Shown one piece after another: positions 1 to 10,000 of a DNA stretch of 49,204 nucleotides. Source of the DNA: a virus (lineage: Duplodnaviria; Caudoviricetes); the IMG/VR virus record IMGVR_UViG_3300037634_007276, positions 1 to 49,204 of that record. The stretch is one strand, 5' to 3'. The position numbers and the translations under genes were made by a program. How positions within the stretch are numbered: the stretch's first letter is position 1; the number at the start of each line of letters is the position of its first letter. Below the pieces are notes generated by a model. The model was given only the letters and a program-made list of their open reading frames with translations, was not told the origin of the DNA and ran no database searches.

Positions 1-1701
1 TGTCTTATCGATCTCTGTAAAATCTTCGCTGTCCTCTGCGGCCTGACCTTGATCAGGAACTTTTGTCTCGCCGTCGACGGAAGGATAAGAGCTATTGTAA
101 TTTTTGAGTTGCGTATTGGTAGTCTTCGTTGCTCGACATTGGCCACACTCAGTTCCTTTTTTGCAGGGATCGAATGGCTCACACATCAATCGGCCGGGAG
201 CGGATTCAAACCCTTTGTCCTTCCACAATTTCTCGCAGCCGGCCCAAACATAATGTTCTTTTTCACCAATTTTAATTATTTTCCGGGCGTCTGGATCACA
301 TTTTAAATAATCAAGTTTTATACATTTCTTGCCTTCCACCTTTATGTGAGTCTTCGCGGGGCATATGCACCCACCCAAGCCCTTATTTAAATAAGGTTTG
401 AACACGTAACCTTCTTTTGGGCAGATACACTTCGTGTTCTTAAGCTTTAAAGAGGACTTGCAGACACAAATCCATTTATGTTTTTTAGGATCCGGATCTT
501 TTTCATCCCAAACGGCCGTCGTTGTCGATGTACACTCAGGGGCCGCCCCTTTTGATGGCGCCTTTGGCTTGCCAGATTTTAAATTAGGTACGCTCTTGCC
601 GCCGTTCGCACCCGCGTAAGAAGGGTGAACCGGAGTCATTACAAACTGTATTGGGTTTTTAGTTACTGCGTTATACTTTTCTTGTGAGGCAACCGTGCTA
701 CCGGGGCCTAAGCTTGTCGACGGATCTTTCTGATCTCCTTTCTTTGGGGCGCGCGTATCTATATCGACATAGCGCCAGTTTTTCGTTGCGGCGGTGAAGG
801 AGACGCTGCGTGGTATCCTTAAGGCAAATTGTGCCATTAATAGTTGTGGCCGCCAAGACAGATCTGTGCCGTCGCCGCTTACGTCATCATTCTGCCACTC
901 AGTTTTAAAAACCATTGGGCCGGTTGGCATCCTAATAATAAACTTGAATGTGTGTGTTTTGCCGGGCAGAACAGACCAGTTGGTAGCGCTACCTAATCCT
1001 TTTATCCCTATTTTGTCTGATCCGTTGTTAGTTCTTTTGATCAAATCTGTGGCACCACGATTATAATCATGATACAGAGATGATTTACCTTTATCATCTA
1101 CAGCGCCGGCTCGGTCGTAGCCGCCGTTCTTGTTGCCACCAGTCTTGCCGGCGCCTGTACCGATGGCCTCATCCCAAAAAACCGGAGGCCATATTGGCTC
1201 GCCTTTCCAATAATCTAATTTGCTTGGGAAGTTTGCTTGACAAACGCCGGCGCACTTGCCGTCCTTGGCGTTGGCCTTTTCATAATCTAGATTTTGTGGG
1301 GCGAATGCTAACCCGGCTGAGCGTTGGCTCCACGTTTTAGGATTTCTAGAACCTACAAGCCACACTTCTTCTTTTTTCCATGGGTGCGAGCCTTCGTTTT
1401 TCAAAGTTATTCTGACTTCGTATTTATTTCCTAAAATTGTCGTTATAATTGGAGTCTTGTTATCCTCGATGGCTGCAGCAAGTTTTGAAGGTCCGCCCTT
1501 CATCGCCGCTTTATTTACATTTTTTTGTTCTGTAAATATTTGTGTAGTGGCGCCAAACAAAACTACTGATGAAAATTTTAAATCATCATCTAGGCCGACG
1601 ATCTCAAGTTTGGTCATGCTTGCTACATACGGCTCTCCTTTCGGGCCCAAATCTTTGGCCGGCGGTGAAACGCCGCTGCTGCCATTTCCCCCTGATGCCA
1701 T
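1..1701 (-). CDS. Putative virion protein, 3'-truncated by the window edge (>567 aa), with an NBR1-type Ig-like domain and a Cys-rich region
   Basis: Not in the ORF track. Hand translation from the ATG at 1701 (TAATG overlap with the upstream stop) is open to position 1: MASGGNGSSGVSPPAKDLG...YEVRITLKNEGSHPW...VLPGKTHTFKFIIRMPTGPMVFKTEWQ...WICVCKSS..KCICPKEG..GGCICPAK..CEPFDPCKKGTECGQC. Confidence 0.8.
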   Translation of the reverse strand, partial: MASGGNGSSGVSPPAKDLGPKGEPYVASMTKLEIVGLDDDLKFSSVVLFGATTQIFTEQKNVNKAAMKGGPSKLAAAIEDNKTPIITTILGNKYEVRITLKNEGSHPWKKEEVWLVGSRNPKTWSQRSAGLAFAPQNLDYEKANAKDGKCAGVCQANFPSKLDYWKGEPIWPPVFWDEAIGTGAGKTGGNKNGGYDRAGAVDDKGKSSLYHDYNRGATDLIKRTNNGSDKIGIKGLGSATNWSVLPGKTHTFKFIIRMPTGPMVFKTEWQNDDVSGDGTDLSWRPQLLMAQFALRIPRSVSFTAATKNWRYVDIDTRAPKKGDQKDPSTSLGPGSTVASQEKYNAVTKNPIQFVMTPVHPSYAGANGGKSVPNLKSGKPKAPSKGAAPECTSTTTAVWDEKDPDPKKHKWICVCKSSLKLKNTKCICPKEGYVFKPYLNKGLGGCICPAKTHIKVEGKKCIKLDYLKCDPDARKIIKIGEKEHYVWAGCEKLWKDKGFESAPGRLMCEPFDPCKKGTECGQCRATKTTNTQLKNYNSSYPSVDGETKVPDQGQAAEDSEDFTEIDKT

Positions 1702-2708
1702 TACAATACCACCCCTTCAGTTTCCACAAGTTCGCCCGAATAGCCACTAACGAAAAAGTATCTGTCGCTTATATTACCGGGATTCTTGACTCTAACTAAA
1801 ATGTTTTTGTTGCTATCAATATTATTTACCACTTCTGTCGTGAGCATCTGCCATTTTTCTGAAATGGCGGAAAGATAACTGTCCACAAGAGTTTCACCAT
1901 AACTGTGAAGATACTCTAATTTAAGTAGTTGCTTAGACTTTACTGTATGAACCTTTACATAATTATTAGCACTATATTCGCCCTGCCCTTTCTTGCCTGA
2001 AGTTGTCGCTGTTGACTTAAGACCACCAAGATCAGCGGTTGTGCTATCATACTTTTGTTTTTTAAACTCAGTCACCCTCTTAAACTTGGTGTGTTTTAAA
2101 TGCATTTCAGTCTTTTTATCTAACAAAAAATTATCAAACGCGCTTGAAATGTATTTCAACACATTGGTGGCTGTTGTTGCTTTAAAATTACCAAACTTGA
2201 CTTCTAAACTTGAAAATTCCGGAATTGCGATGCCTTTTTCGTATTTAACAGTTGGCATAAAATGGCTTACACGATGTATATTGTTGGAAAAGGAGCCGGC
2301 ATTACGAGCTAATTTAGGCTTTTCATAATCACTTTTCACCGCATCTTCTATATCGGCCATAATGAATGTTAATATAATTTTATAATCATACTTGATGCCC
2401 TCTTGGATCGAGGAGTCTCTGCCGGTAAAGAATAGTAAATTGCTAGCCTCTGAAGCTAATCCCAGCAGGCCAAAGGACACTGCGGCAAGTTCTACTTCCG
2501 TTGGCGTAGAATTGCGGGTGCCGAATGGAATGTCTCTAGCATATTTCAGCATCTTCGCGCTAAACAGGCTGGCTACGTTATAACCCTGATAATTAAAAGC
2601 CGTTGGATCTACTGCGAAAAAAAGAAATGCCTCTTTGTTCTTTTGATCATAGGAATGGTGCAGCTTTGAATAAGCTGTCTCACGAAGGCGGAAAAGTTCT
2701 TTTGACAT
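1701..2708 (-). CDS. Hypothetical protein in the structural operon (335 aa)
   Basis: Long ORF with AGGA upstream, coupled to the downstream gene. No recognisable motif. Confidence 0.7.
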   Translation of the reverse strand: MSKELFRLRETAYSKLHHSYDQKNKEAFLFFAVDPTAFNYQGYNVASLFSAKMLKYARDIPFGTRNSTPTEVELAAVSFGLLGLASEASNLLFFTGRDSSIQEGIKYDYKIILTFIMADIEDAVKSDYEKPKLARNAGSFSNNIHRVSHFMPTVKYEKGIAIPEFSSLEVKFGNFKATTATNVLKYISSAFDNFLLDKKTEMHLKHTKFKRVTEFKKQKYDSTTADLGGLKSTATTSGKKGQGEYSANNYVKVHTVKSKQLLKLEYLHSYGETLVDSYLSAISEKWQMLTTEVVNNIDSNKNILVRVKNPGNISDRYFFVSGYSGELVETEGVVL

Positions 2709-2727
2709 TTATATATTTCCTATTCCA

Positions 2728-2943
2728 CTAAGCATCATCCGGCGGGGCTTTGACAATTTTTTCACATGTGCCCATGGGTAATCCAGTATCTATACACTTG
2801 TAGCCCGGGTCACAGCCACCCGGTTGACCGACTTCATTTCCGGGCTTACAAAAATATGCCACCTTCGTGGTCGTGGTGTCTGTACTTTGATCCTCTGTCG
2901 GCTCTGCCTTTTTAAATGTTTGTGGATTTTTAGTTCTACTCAT
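2728..2943 (-). CDS. Small Cys-rich hypothetical protein (71 aa)
   Basis: Fills the gap between two long ORFs. Thr-rich linker, then CKPGNEVGQPGGCDPGYKCIDTGLPMGTC. AGGA upstream. Confidence 0.65.
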   Translation of the reverse strand: MSRTKNPQTFKKAEPTEDQSTDTTTTKVAYFCKPGNEVGQPGGCDPGYKCIDTGLPMGTCEKIVKAPPDDA

Positions 2944-2971
2944 TTATTAATATTATTCCTATTTATTACTC

Positions 2972-4021
2972 TCAACTTGGCTTTTTACACTTGCCGGCTA
3001 CACATTTGAGCCCTAAATTAATCAGGCAATGGCCATCACTAGTGCAATTGCCGCCTTCGGACACAGAGTTGTTTTTATAATATCCTTTTTTGGCCATTTT
3101 TTCTTCAGTTGTATACCCGATGTGTTCTTCAGCTGCGCCGGCGGATCGCAAAGCCTTTTCGCTTTTAAGCTTGCTAATTTCGGCTTTCAATTGTTTAATC
3201 TTTTCTCTTGCACATGATGATTCTAGTGTAGAATCGCATTTGTCAACCTCTACTGTCTTTTTCAGCGGCTGATCAACATATTTTATTTCTAATGTTTCTT
3301 CAGCATCGGCGTCGGTCGTTATATCAAAGTAATACTCGACAACTCCAGTGTTTAATTCCTCTTCGGAAAATTTCAATGGGATCGCGTCAACTATATTGCC
3401 GGCTCCATCCTTTTCATACTCAAAGACTTCAATAATAAAATTGTCGTCGGTGCTTTCTGTATTTTCTTCTTTTATCTCTAATAAAATATCATCGGATGTT
3501 TTTCGCAACCACAGTTGATATTTCCCGGGGTGATCTTTAAATTCCGTTCGCGTAAAAGAATATTCACACACAACATCTAGCTGCGGGATCTTTTCCTGTG
3601 AGAACGCTCCTAAAGAGTTCAGCGATGAAGTCGGGAATTCCAGCGGAGTAAAATCAACTGAACCAGAGATTTTTCCTTGACGTACTTGGACATCCCACGC
3701 TGGTTTTTCTTCATCAAAGACAGAGGATCTGCCAAGCGACTTAAACAGAAATGGCGCAGTAATGGTCTGATCAGTATATTTCTTAGAGCCTTGATAGCCC
3801 GTTTGATTCTTTAAGGTTGGAACTGTCTTTATTCTATTTGTAATCTCGTTTTGTAACTCTACTATAGAAGGCGGCGCTGGCAGCGTTTTAATGTCGTATA
3901 TTACTTCGTCATCAAAAAAATCATAGTGAGTTGGTCTGAACTCACCAACTGCTAGTTTTTCGCGGCCTAGGCGCGTAAGTATTAAATCAATAACTTCTTC
4001 TTTTTTGTTGAAAAAAGTCAT
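2972..4021 (-). CDS. Putative baseplate/tail-associated structural protein with C-terminal coiled coil and 4-Cys module (349 aa)
   Basis: Coupled to the 3100-aa gene. N-terminus IDLILTRLGREKLAVGEF..YDFFDDEVIYD resembles large-phage structural proteins. Ends CTSDGHCLINLGLKCVAGKC. Confidence 0.65.
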   Translation of the reverse strand: MTFFNKKEEVIDLILTRLGREKLAVGEFRPTHYDFFDDEVIYDIKTLPAPPSIVELQNEITNRIKTVPTLKNQTGYQGSKKYTDQTITAPFLFKSLGRSSVFDEEKPAWDVQVRQGKISGSVDFTPLEFPTSSLNSLGAFSQEKIPQLDVVCEYSFTRTEFKDHPGKYQLWLRKTSDDILLEIKEENTESTDDNFIIEVFEYEKDGAGNIVDAIPLKFSEEELNTGVVEYYFDITTDADAEETLEIKYVDQPLKKTVEVDKCDSTLESSCAREKIKQLKAEISKLKSEKALRSAGAAEEHIGYTTEEKMAKKGYYKNNSVSEGGNCTSDGHCLINLGLKCVAGKCKKPS

Positions 4022-7000
4022 TAGTACCTACCTCCACCGCGGTCGTCGTCGTCTCTTGTGGGACGTGCCTCTCGACTTACTGGCTCTCGCGAAGGTGTTG
4101 GGCGGCCGCTATTTAGATTTGAGGCTGGCTGTCTTGTTTGTGATGGCGGCGGGGCTGCAGTCCTTTGTGGTGCCGGCGGCTGTACTCGCGAAGGTACTGG
4201 TTCTGTAAAGCTTTCTATCGCCGCTGCTATCTCTTCACGGCGAATGGTTGGCTGAATTCGCCTAGGATTCTCGATCGCTATAGCACCCCGATCAATGTTC
4301 TCTTCGTTTAACGTAATCTTGTGAGTGTGCGGCGCAATGCCCGAAGTGCCATAATATTCTCGACATTCTGGGTAACAATCGCTTTGTGCCTCTGCAACTC
4401 TAAAATCTATAATCTTGTGTTCGTGACAAACTCTATCAGACTCGGGGCTACACTTAAACAACGCTATGCCTTGGCCAGATGCATCAATTCGAATCTCGTG
4501 CGAGTGAGGAGCGGGGCGATCATTTGAGTTGGCCATAATTGTTGCAGTTGTGCTAGATCTTTTCTCTCTTATGGCGCTAGCTAATCCTTCTCGGTCGCGG
4601 GAGCTTATAGAATCATCTACTAAAACTAGATCTTCTGTTCTCCTTTCCTCTACTCTTTCTTTTTCTTTCTTCTCTTTTTCTTCTCTGTTAAAATCAAACG
4701 AAGTCTCAAGTTTGCCAAACTCAACCAAAGAACAATAGTCGTAAGGCCAATTGGCACCATATTCAGCGCTTAATAACTTGCCTTTGTTTTTGGCAGCGTT
4801 TTCAGGTAAGTTTAATTTTTGCTCAAGCATTTCAAAGTAATTATTAGCCGCTCTTCTTTTAATTTTAAATATTTTCCACCTTATATCTTCTGGTATCTTT
4901 CCACCCTCAAGCCCCTGCTCTTCAAAAACTGACTTACTAAGAAGCTCCCCGTCCTTAAGTTCGTGCGATAAAGTTATTTCTTGTTTCTGAGCAGTCTTAC
5001 CGATCTCTGGTAAAACACCCTGCCATATCTTTTGTAAATCCGTCTTCGACAGAATATTAGAAAATTCAAAAATATACATAGCAAACGGCGGCAAGGCTGG
5101 TTCATATTGTTTTTTGGTGTTTAGCGGCCTAGTTGCTTTATCTCTGACTCTTACGAAGTCATACTGAGGTATTAAATTATACCTGCGCATCTTGAAAATC
5201 ATGTCAGCAATTGAATTTTCCACCGTCAAGACATATTCTTCTCCCTTCTTCTTAACAGTTGACTGGGCCGCGGCGGCCTGCGTAATATCAGAATATGCTT
5301 GCTCAAATTGTTCTAACGGCAAATCAAAGAATTGTTCTTTGTCGTCTTCATCATAATAAAATGGAATAGCAACCGCCGCTTCTCTCAATTCTTTTTGTGG
5401 TTTAAGCTGCCCTATTTTTTTCCTTTCATTAGAGAAACCACAAGCATCTAATAGCGAACCCGTCATAGATTTCTGGGCGATCGTTAATTGTGAATCCGCA
5501 ACTCTCAACCACAACCCCTCACTTCCAGTGCACTGCAAACCGTATTGATGCCACATTCCTCGATATGGATCGCCGCCGGTGGAGCCGTTGCCGTCAAAAC
5601 TACTTGAGCCGCCGGCTTTGGTGGCAAGAGCATCGACATTGGCAAAATTCAAAATAGGCGTCTCATATTTGGTTGATATTGTCCATCGCTTTTCCTTATC
5701 TTTTTGAAACAAATTCAAGCTAGCAGAAAGTGCCATACCTCCAGAACTAATACTGAATACAGTATATTGATCCGCCCTATCTTGATTTTTGAAAGAAAGG
5801 GTGCTATTTGCAACAATGTCTTCGAAGGTGAACTTACCAGAAAAGAATTTCTCTGGATCCACATTATAAATGTTTGTAGGATCAAACTTAATCGTTGCTA
5901 TGGCTGAATTCTTTGCGTGAGCGGCGATAGGCGGAATCTTGACCGCTCCAGAGCAAGCGGCAACATTACCAGTAACATACATCCACCAGTTGTTTGAACC
6001 GTCATTTGTATATGAAGTCCCAGTCTTTAATGGGTACCATGCCGGCGTATGATGCTTATAAGGTTTGTGCCCAAAATATCCAACTGCGTCATGCATTGTA
6101 AAATTAGTACTTTTGTCTACAACAACATCCATACTCCAGATTTTACCAACTTTTTGCTCTTTAAAGCTCCACTCTTCCTCTGGTGTTGAAGAAAGATTGG
6201 TCAAGTCGCTAACAAAGAAATTAACAGATTCTGCAAAAAAGTTATGAGACGCCTTTTCATACACTCCGTCTGTTCCACCTAAGCTGGCAGTAAATGTCTT
6301 AGTCATACCTTGATCTGGATCCCAGTCAAACAGTCTTAAATCTTGGGGTTCAACCAAAGAGGCCGGGCCTTTAATTTTGCGAGCATATGTGGAAGGCTCA
6401 ATAATTGCTTCAAACGGTAGTCTTTTTGTATACTCAGCAGTGTTTGAACTTGTTGCAACGCGATTACTATCAGACTCTTCATCGATTATTGGATAATCAA
6501 CGGCAACACCAGTTTTTATTGTATTATACATAATACCGGGATTATAAAATGGTCTTAAAGCCGTGCGCCAAGCAGATTTACCGGGTGAGCCGGCATTAAG
6601 TAAGCCAGCCTCTGACCCGGAATAATATGACTCTCTAAACTCTCCCGCCAACTGTATCGTTCTTTGCATCGGGTAAAAGCCATCAACGGGCAATAGTTTT
6701 AAAATGCCCGACATCTTAATATTAATTGAATCTGGCTCACCCAGTTCGCCCTCAATATCCCCTAGATGTGTCATTGTATCTGCGTGTGATAGTTTTTCAA
6801 AGAAAGTTGTGTTGTTGTACACCTCTTCCTCGGTTGTGCCACCGCCGGCGGCGGTGCCAAATGCACCAGATAATTTTAGCGAATAAATATCTTGATAAAA
6901 ATCACCATTATGATTTGTTATAATGTTTCGGATATGCTCTGAAATTGTAAAATCAGGGATTATAGAATAATCCTGAGCTATAGCCCTAATGTCTGCGGCG

Positions 7001-10000
7001 TATTCCTCGTAAGAATCATAGAAAGCCCCAGTGGCGGCTTGAGACTGTACTTGGTTACTAGGCCGGCAGTCACAATAGTTTCTTCCATATCGAGCATAAA
7101 CATATTGTGACGTGGCACCGGCGCACGGCAGAAAAGAGTAGTCGCTTATACTCGCGCTGGCGGCGTTTATGCAATTATCATGCTGCATTAGTTCACCAGA
7201 TCTGTCAAAGGTGACTTCACCTTTGTATGTGATCATGTTAGACACATCCATTTGCCAAAAAGAAAAGTAATCAGGAATACCCTGACTGGTTGGAAGCCTA
7301 GATGTGACAGCTTTGTCGAGTCGAGTCATAAAGTCACCATCCCAAAATGAAACATAATTTGGTTTATTTCTAATAATGGATTTGAAAACATTCTCATCTC
7401 TAGGGTACACAACTTCTGAATACCTGACAGTCTCCCAATCTTCCCCGCGTGTCGAACGATACAACATTGTATTTTTCAAACCTTTTTTATAGACATTAAA
7501 GTCTTCGTGGTAATCTATAATTCTATCTTTGGCCACGTCATAAACTTCAGCAAAATAGTGTTTGTTGTTTCCGAACTCATACTTAATCATCGACGTAGCT
7601 AGGTTGTGCATAATTGGTTTATGTTTTGCTGTAACTGGAGTCTGTATCACTCTAGAAGATTCCGTTACATATGTTTTTCTTGCGTTATCATATACTGTTT
7701 TCTTTGACTCATAAATATTATTGTTTATATGATACCGCACGACTGGATGTTCAGCAGTTCTTATTTGCTTCCAAGTGGGCCAACCATATGGTCCGTTGCG
7801 ATGTAAAAGCAATGCGTTTGTAAAGCCAACATCGTTTGCGCTGGCAGTCTGCTGCTTTAAAAATCCGTTAGTGATACTGTTATAAGAAAAAGCATAATTC
7901 GAATACCAATTGGAACCGGGATATATTCCCTGTGGGAATCCTAAAGTATTCACGGAGGAACTAACTGGCTCATACACCGCCACATTCATTCCAACAAAAT
8001 CAACACCAACAAACTGGGCGTGATCAGAAGAGGCCGAAGAGTCAATGTAATTTTTGCCTAGGCTCCAGATGTCACCTCCAACGAACCCAACATCGCTAGC
8101 GCTCACAAACATTATAGCTTCTGAGCCGGTTGAGTGGTCAAACCCCAACAAAGGCAGATATTTAATGTCCGTGACTTTCGGCTCACCAAAAGAGTTCACG
8201 GCAAAACGATCGTTAACAAATCTAGGTGCCCAAGCGCCCGGGCCAGAGCCAGTTCTCACGAACAGCCATGAGTCATTGATCCACTTGTAATTTATTTCAG
8301 ATTGTGGAATCTGGTGGCTCACCCACATATTGTCCTTTACTTGTGCTGGGCTAGCTGAGTTTGTGACCTCTAGCGAGCTAGACTGTGCAGCCAGTGCCGG
8401 TCTTTCAACCGTATTTCTGTGGGTTTTGTGGAACGATTGGTTGTTTATAAAATGTGAGTCCCTACCAAAACGATTTGCTGGTCGCGACCACAATGTGTTT
8501 AGCCCAGTTTTTACAACTAAATTTTGATAAGGCATCGCATTATAAGGTGAGTATTCACCAGACTGCCAATCTAAAAATGCTTCTGACTCTCCTTCAATAC
8601 CGGTGCGATTTGAAAATTTGTTAACAAAAACAAACTTATTGCTTCCGGTTGAGCGGACTGGTAACGCGAACTCTTTAAAAGGCTGTGCGGTTGGCCCAAT
8701 AAACGAATCTTTCTCAGTCGGTTGGGTGCCCGAAACAAGTCTAAAATATCTATTGTTTTCACTTCTGCCGCTTAGATGTACAACCTCGTAGTCTTGAACA
8801 TAATTTCCAATTTGTACATATTGTTGTGTCGTTCCAGTTTTACTAGTTGAAAAGAAGGAGGTGGGCAAAATGTTTTTAATGATAACCGGAGCTTTTGATA
8901 TGTTGCCCCTCGTATAGTCGCCCCTTGGCCGATCAGACTCACCCGGAGTAACAGCAGAAACAACCGATATCGAGTTTGGATCCATTGAGGCATTCGGGTA
9001 AATTACTTTATAACCCTCTCTTCTTCCGCTGGGCTCTGCAATTGCCGATTGAGTTACCAACAAGTTCCCGTGCCTGTACATATTGCCGCCGGCGTTCTCT
9101 TCTGCAAACGGGCCCTGCATAGGAATTTCATAAACTGGTGCGTATATGTCGTGATGTATGTCTTCTACCGCATAGGTTGTGTCGTTTGCCACAAACCTGC
9201 CCTGATAGCCGCCGCTTACACTGGAGCTTATAACACTGAATGGTAATTTGTTTTCATTAAATTTGCTGTCCAAAGTGGTGGTAGTGCCTTGGACGATTCC
9301 CTGCACCTTGTATGGATACTTCCTCAAGCCACCCGTAAGCGACTGATCGTGGACAAAGGGTTGCCCCACTACATTAAGGGCATCAATGTTTATTGTTGCG
9401 CTTAGTGCTGTTGTGCCAACATCTATGTAATTGACTATCTTGCGATAATAATCCCAAATGTGATTTCTTTTATCATTTACTCCTGCGGCGTATGTCTGCT
9501 CTTCAGCTTCTAAATCAACAACCGGCATTGCTGAGCGTGAAATGGCCGCAATTTTGTTGTTGTACCAAAGCTGAGTTCTTGTGGTGGTCGCCGATTTCTC
9601 TGCTGTTGTCGGAGATGTCTTAGAAAAGATACCCCGGTCTCTTTCGGCGCGGAGCTTCCACCACACGGCGCTTTCAGATTCATCAGTAGGATAACCGTCA
9701 GCACCAATGGTGGGGGGTGTGCGGGCGTCGTAATAAGAGGGTACCGGGGACATATGCGGCATCGCGAGGTCAATCGTGGCCGCAAAGGAAGGCCCGGGCT
9801 CATATGTTGGGTGCATCGGAGCAGTATAAAGCTGACTGAAATCATATGAAGTTTCGCTTTCGCCCTCTAGTTGTGATCGAAGCTTATTGTTGCTGTCAAC
9901 TTTAACAAACTCTTTGGCCGCTGCGAACTTGTGGCGATATTTGTTTCTTTCTAAAACGTGACTCTCAATGATCGTTCTTATGTTTTCGGATACTTCTGCC

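Noticed and set aside
381-396. Perfect 16-bp palindrome CCTTATTTAAATAAGG
   Set aside because: Single copy, AT-rich and inside a coding frame (PYLNK). No evidence of function.
2706-2971. TAAATG at several gene starts suggesting a poxvirus/NCLDV late promoter
   Set aside because: Elsewhere TAAATG mostly arises from TAA-ATG junctions. Operon coupling, Shine-Dalgarno-like motifs and baseplate genes point to a prokaryotic virus.
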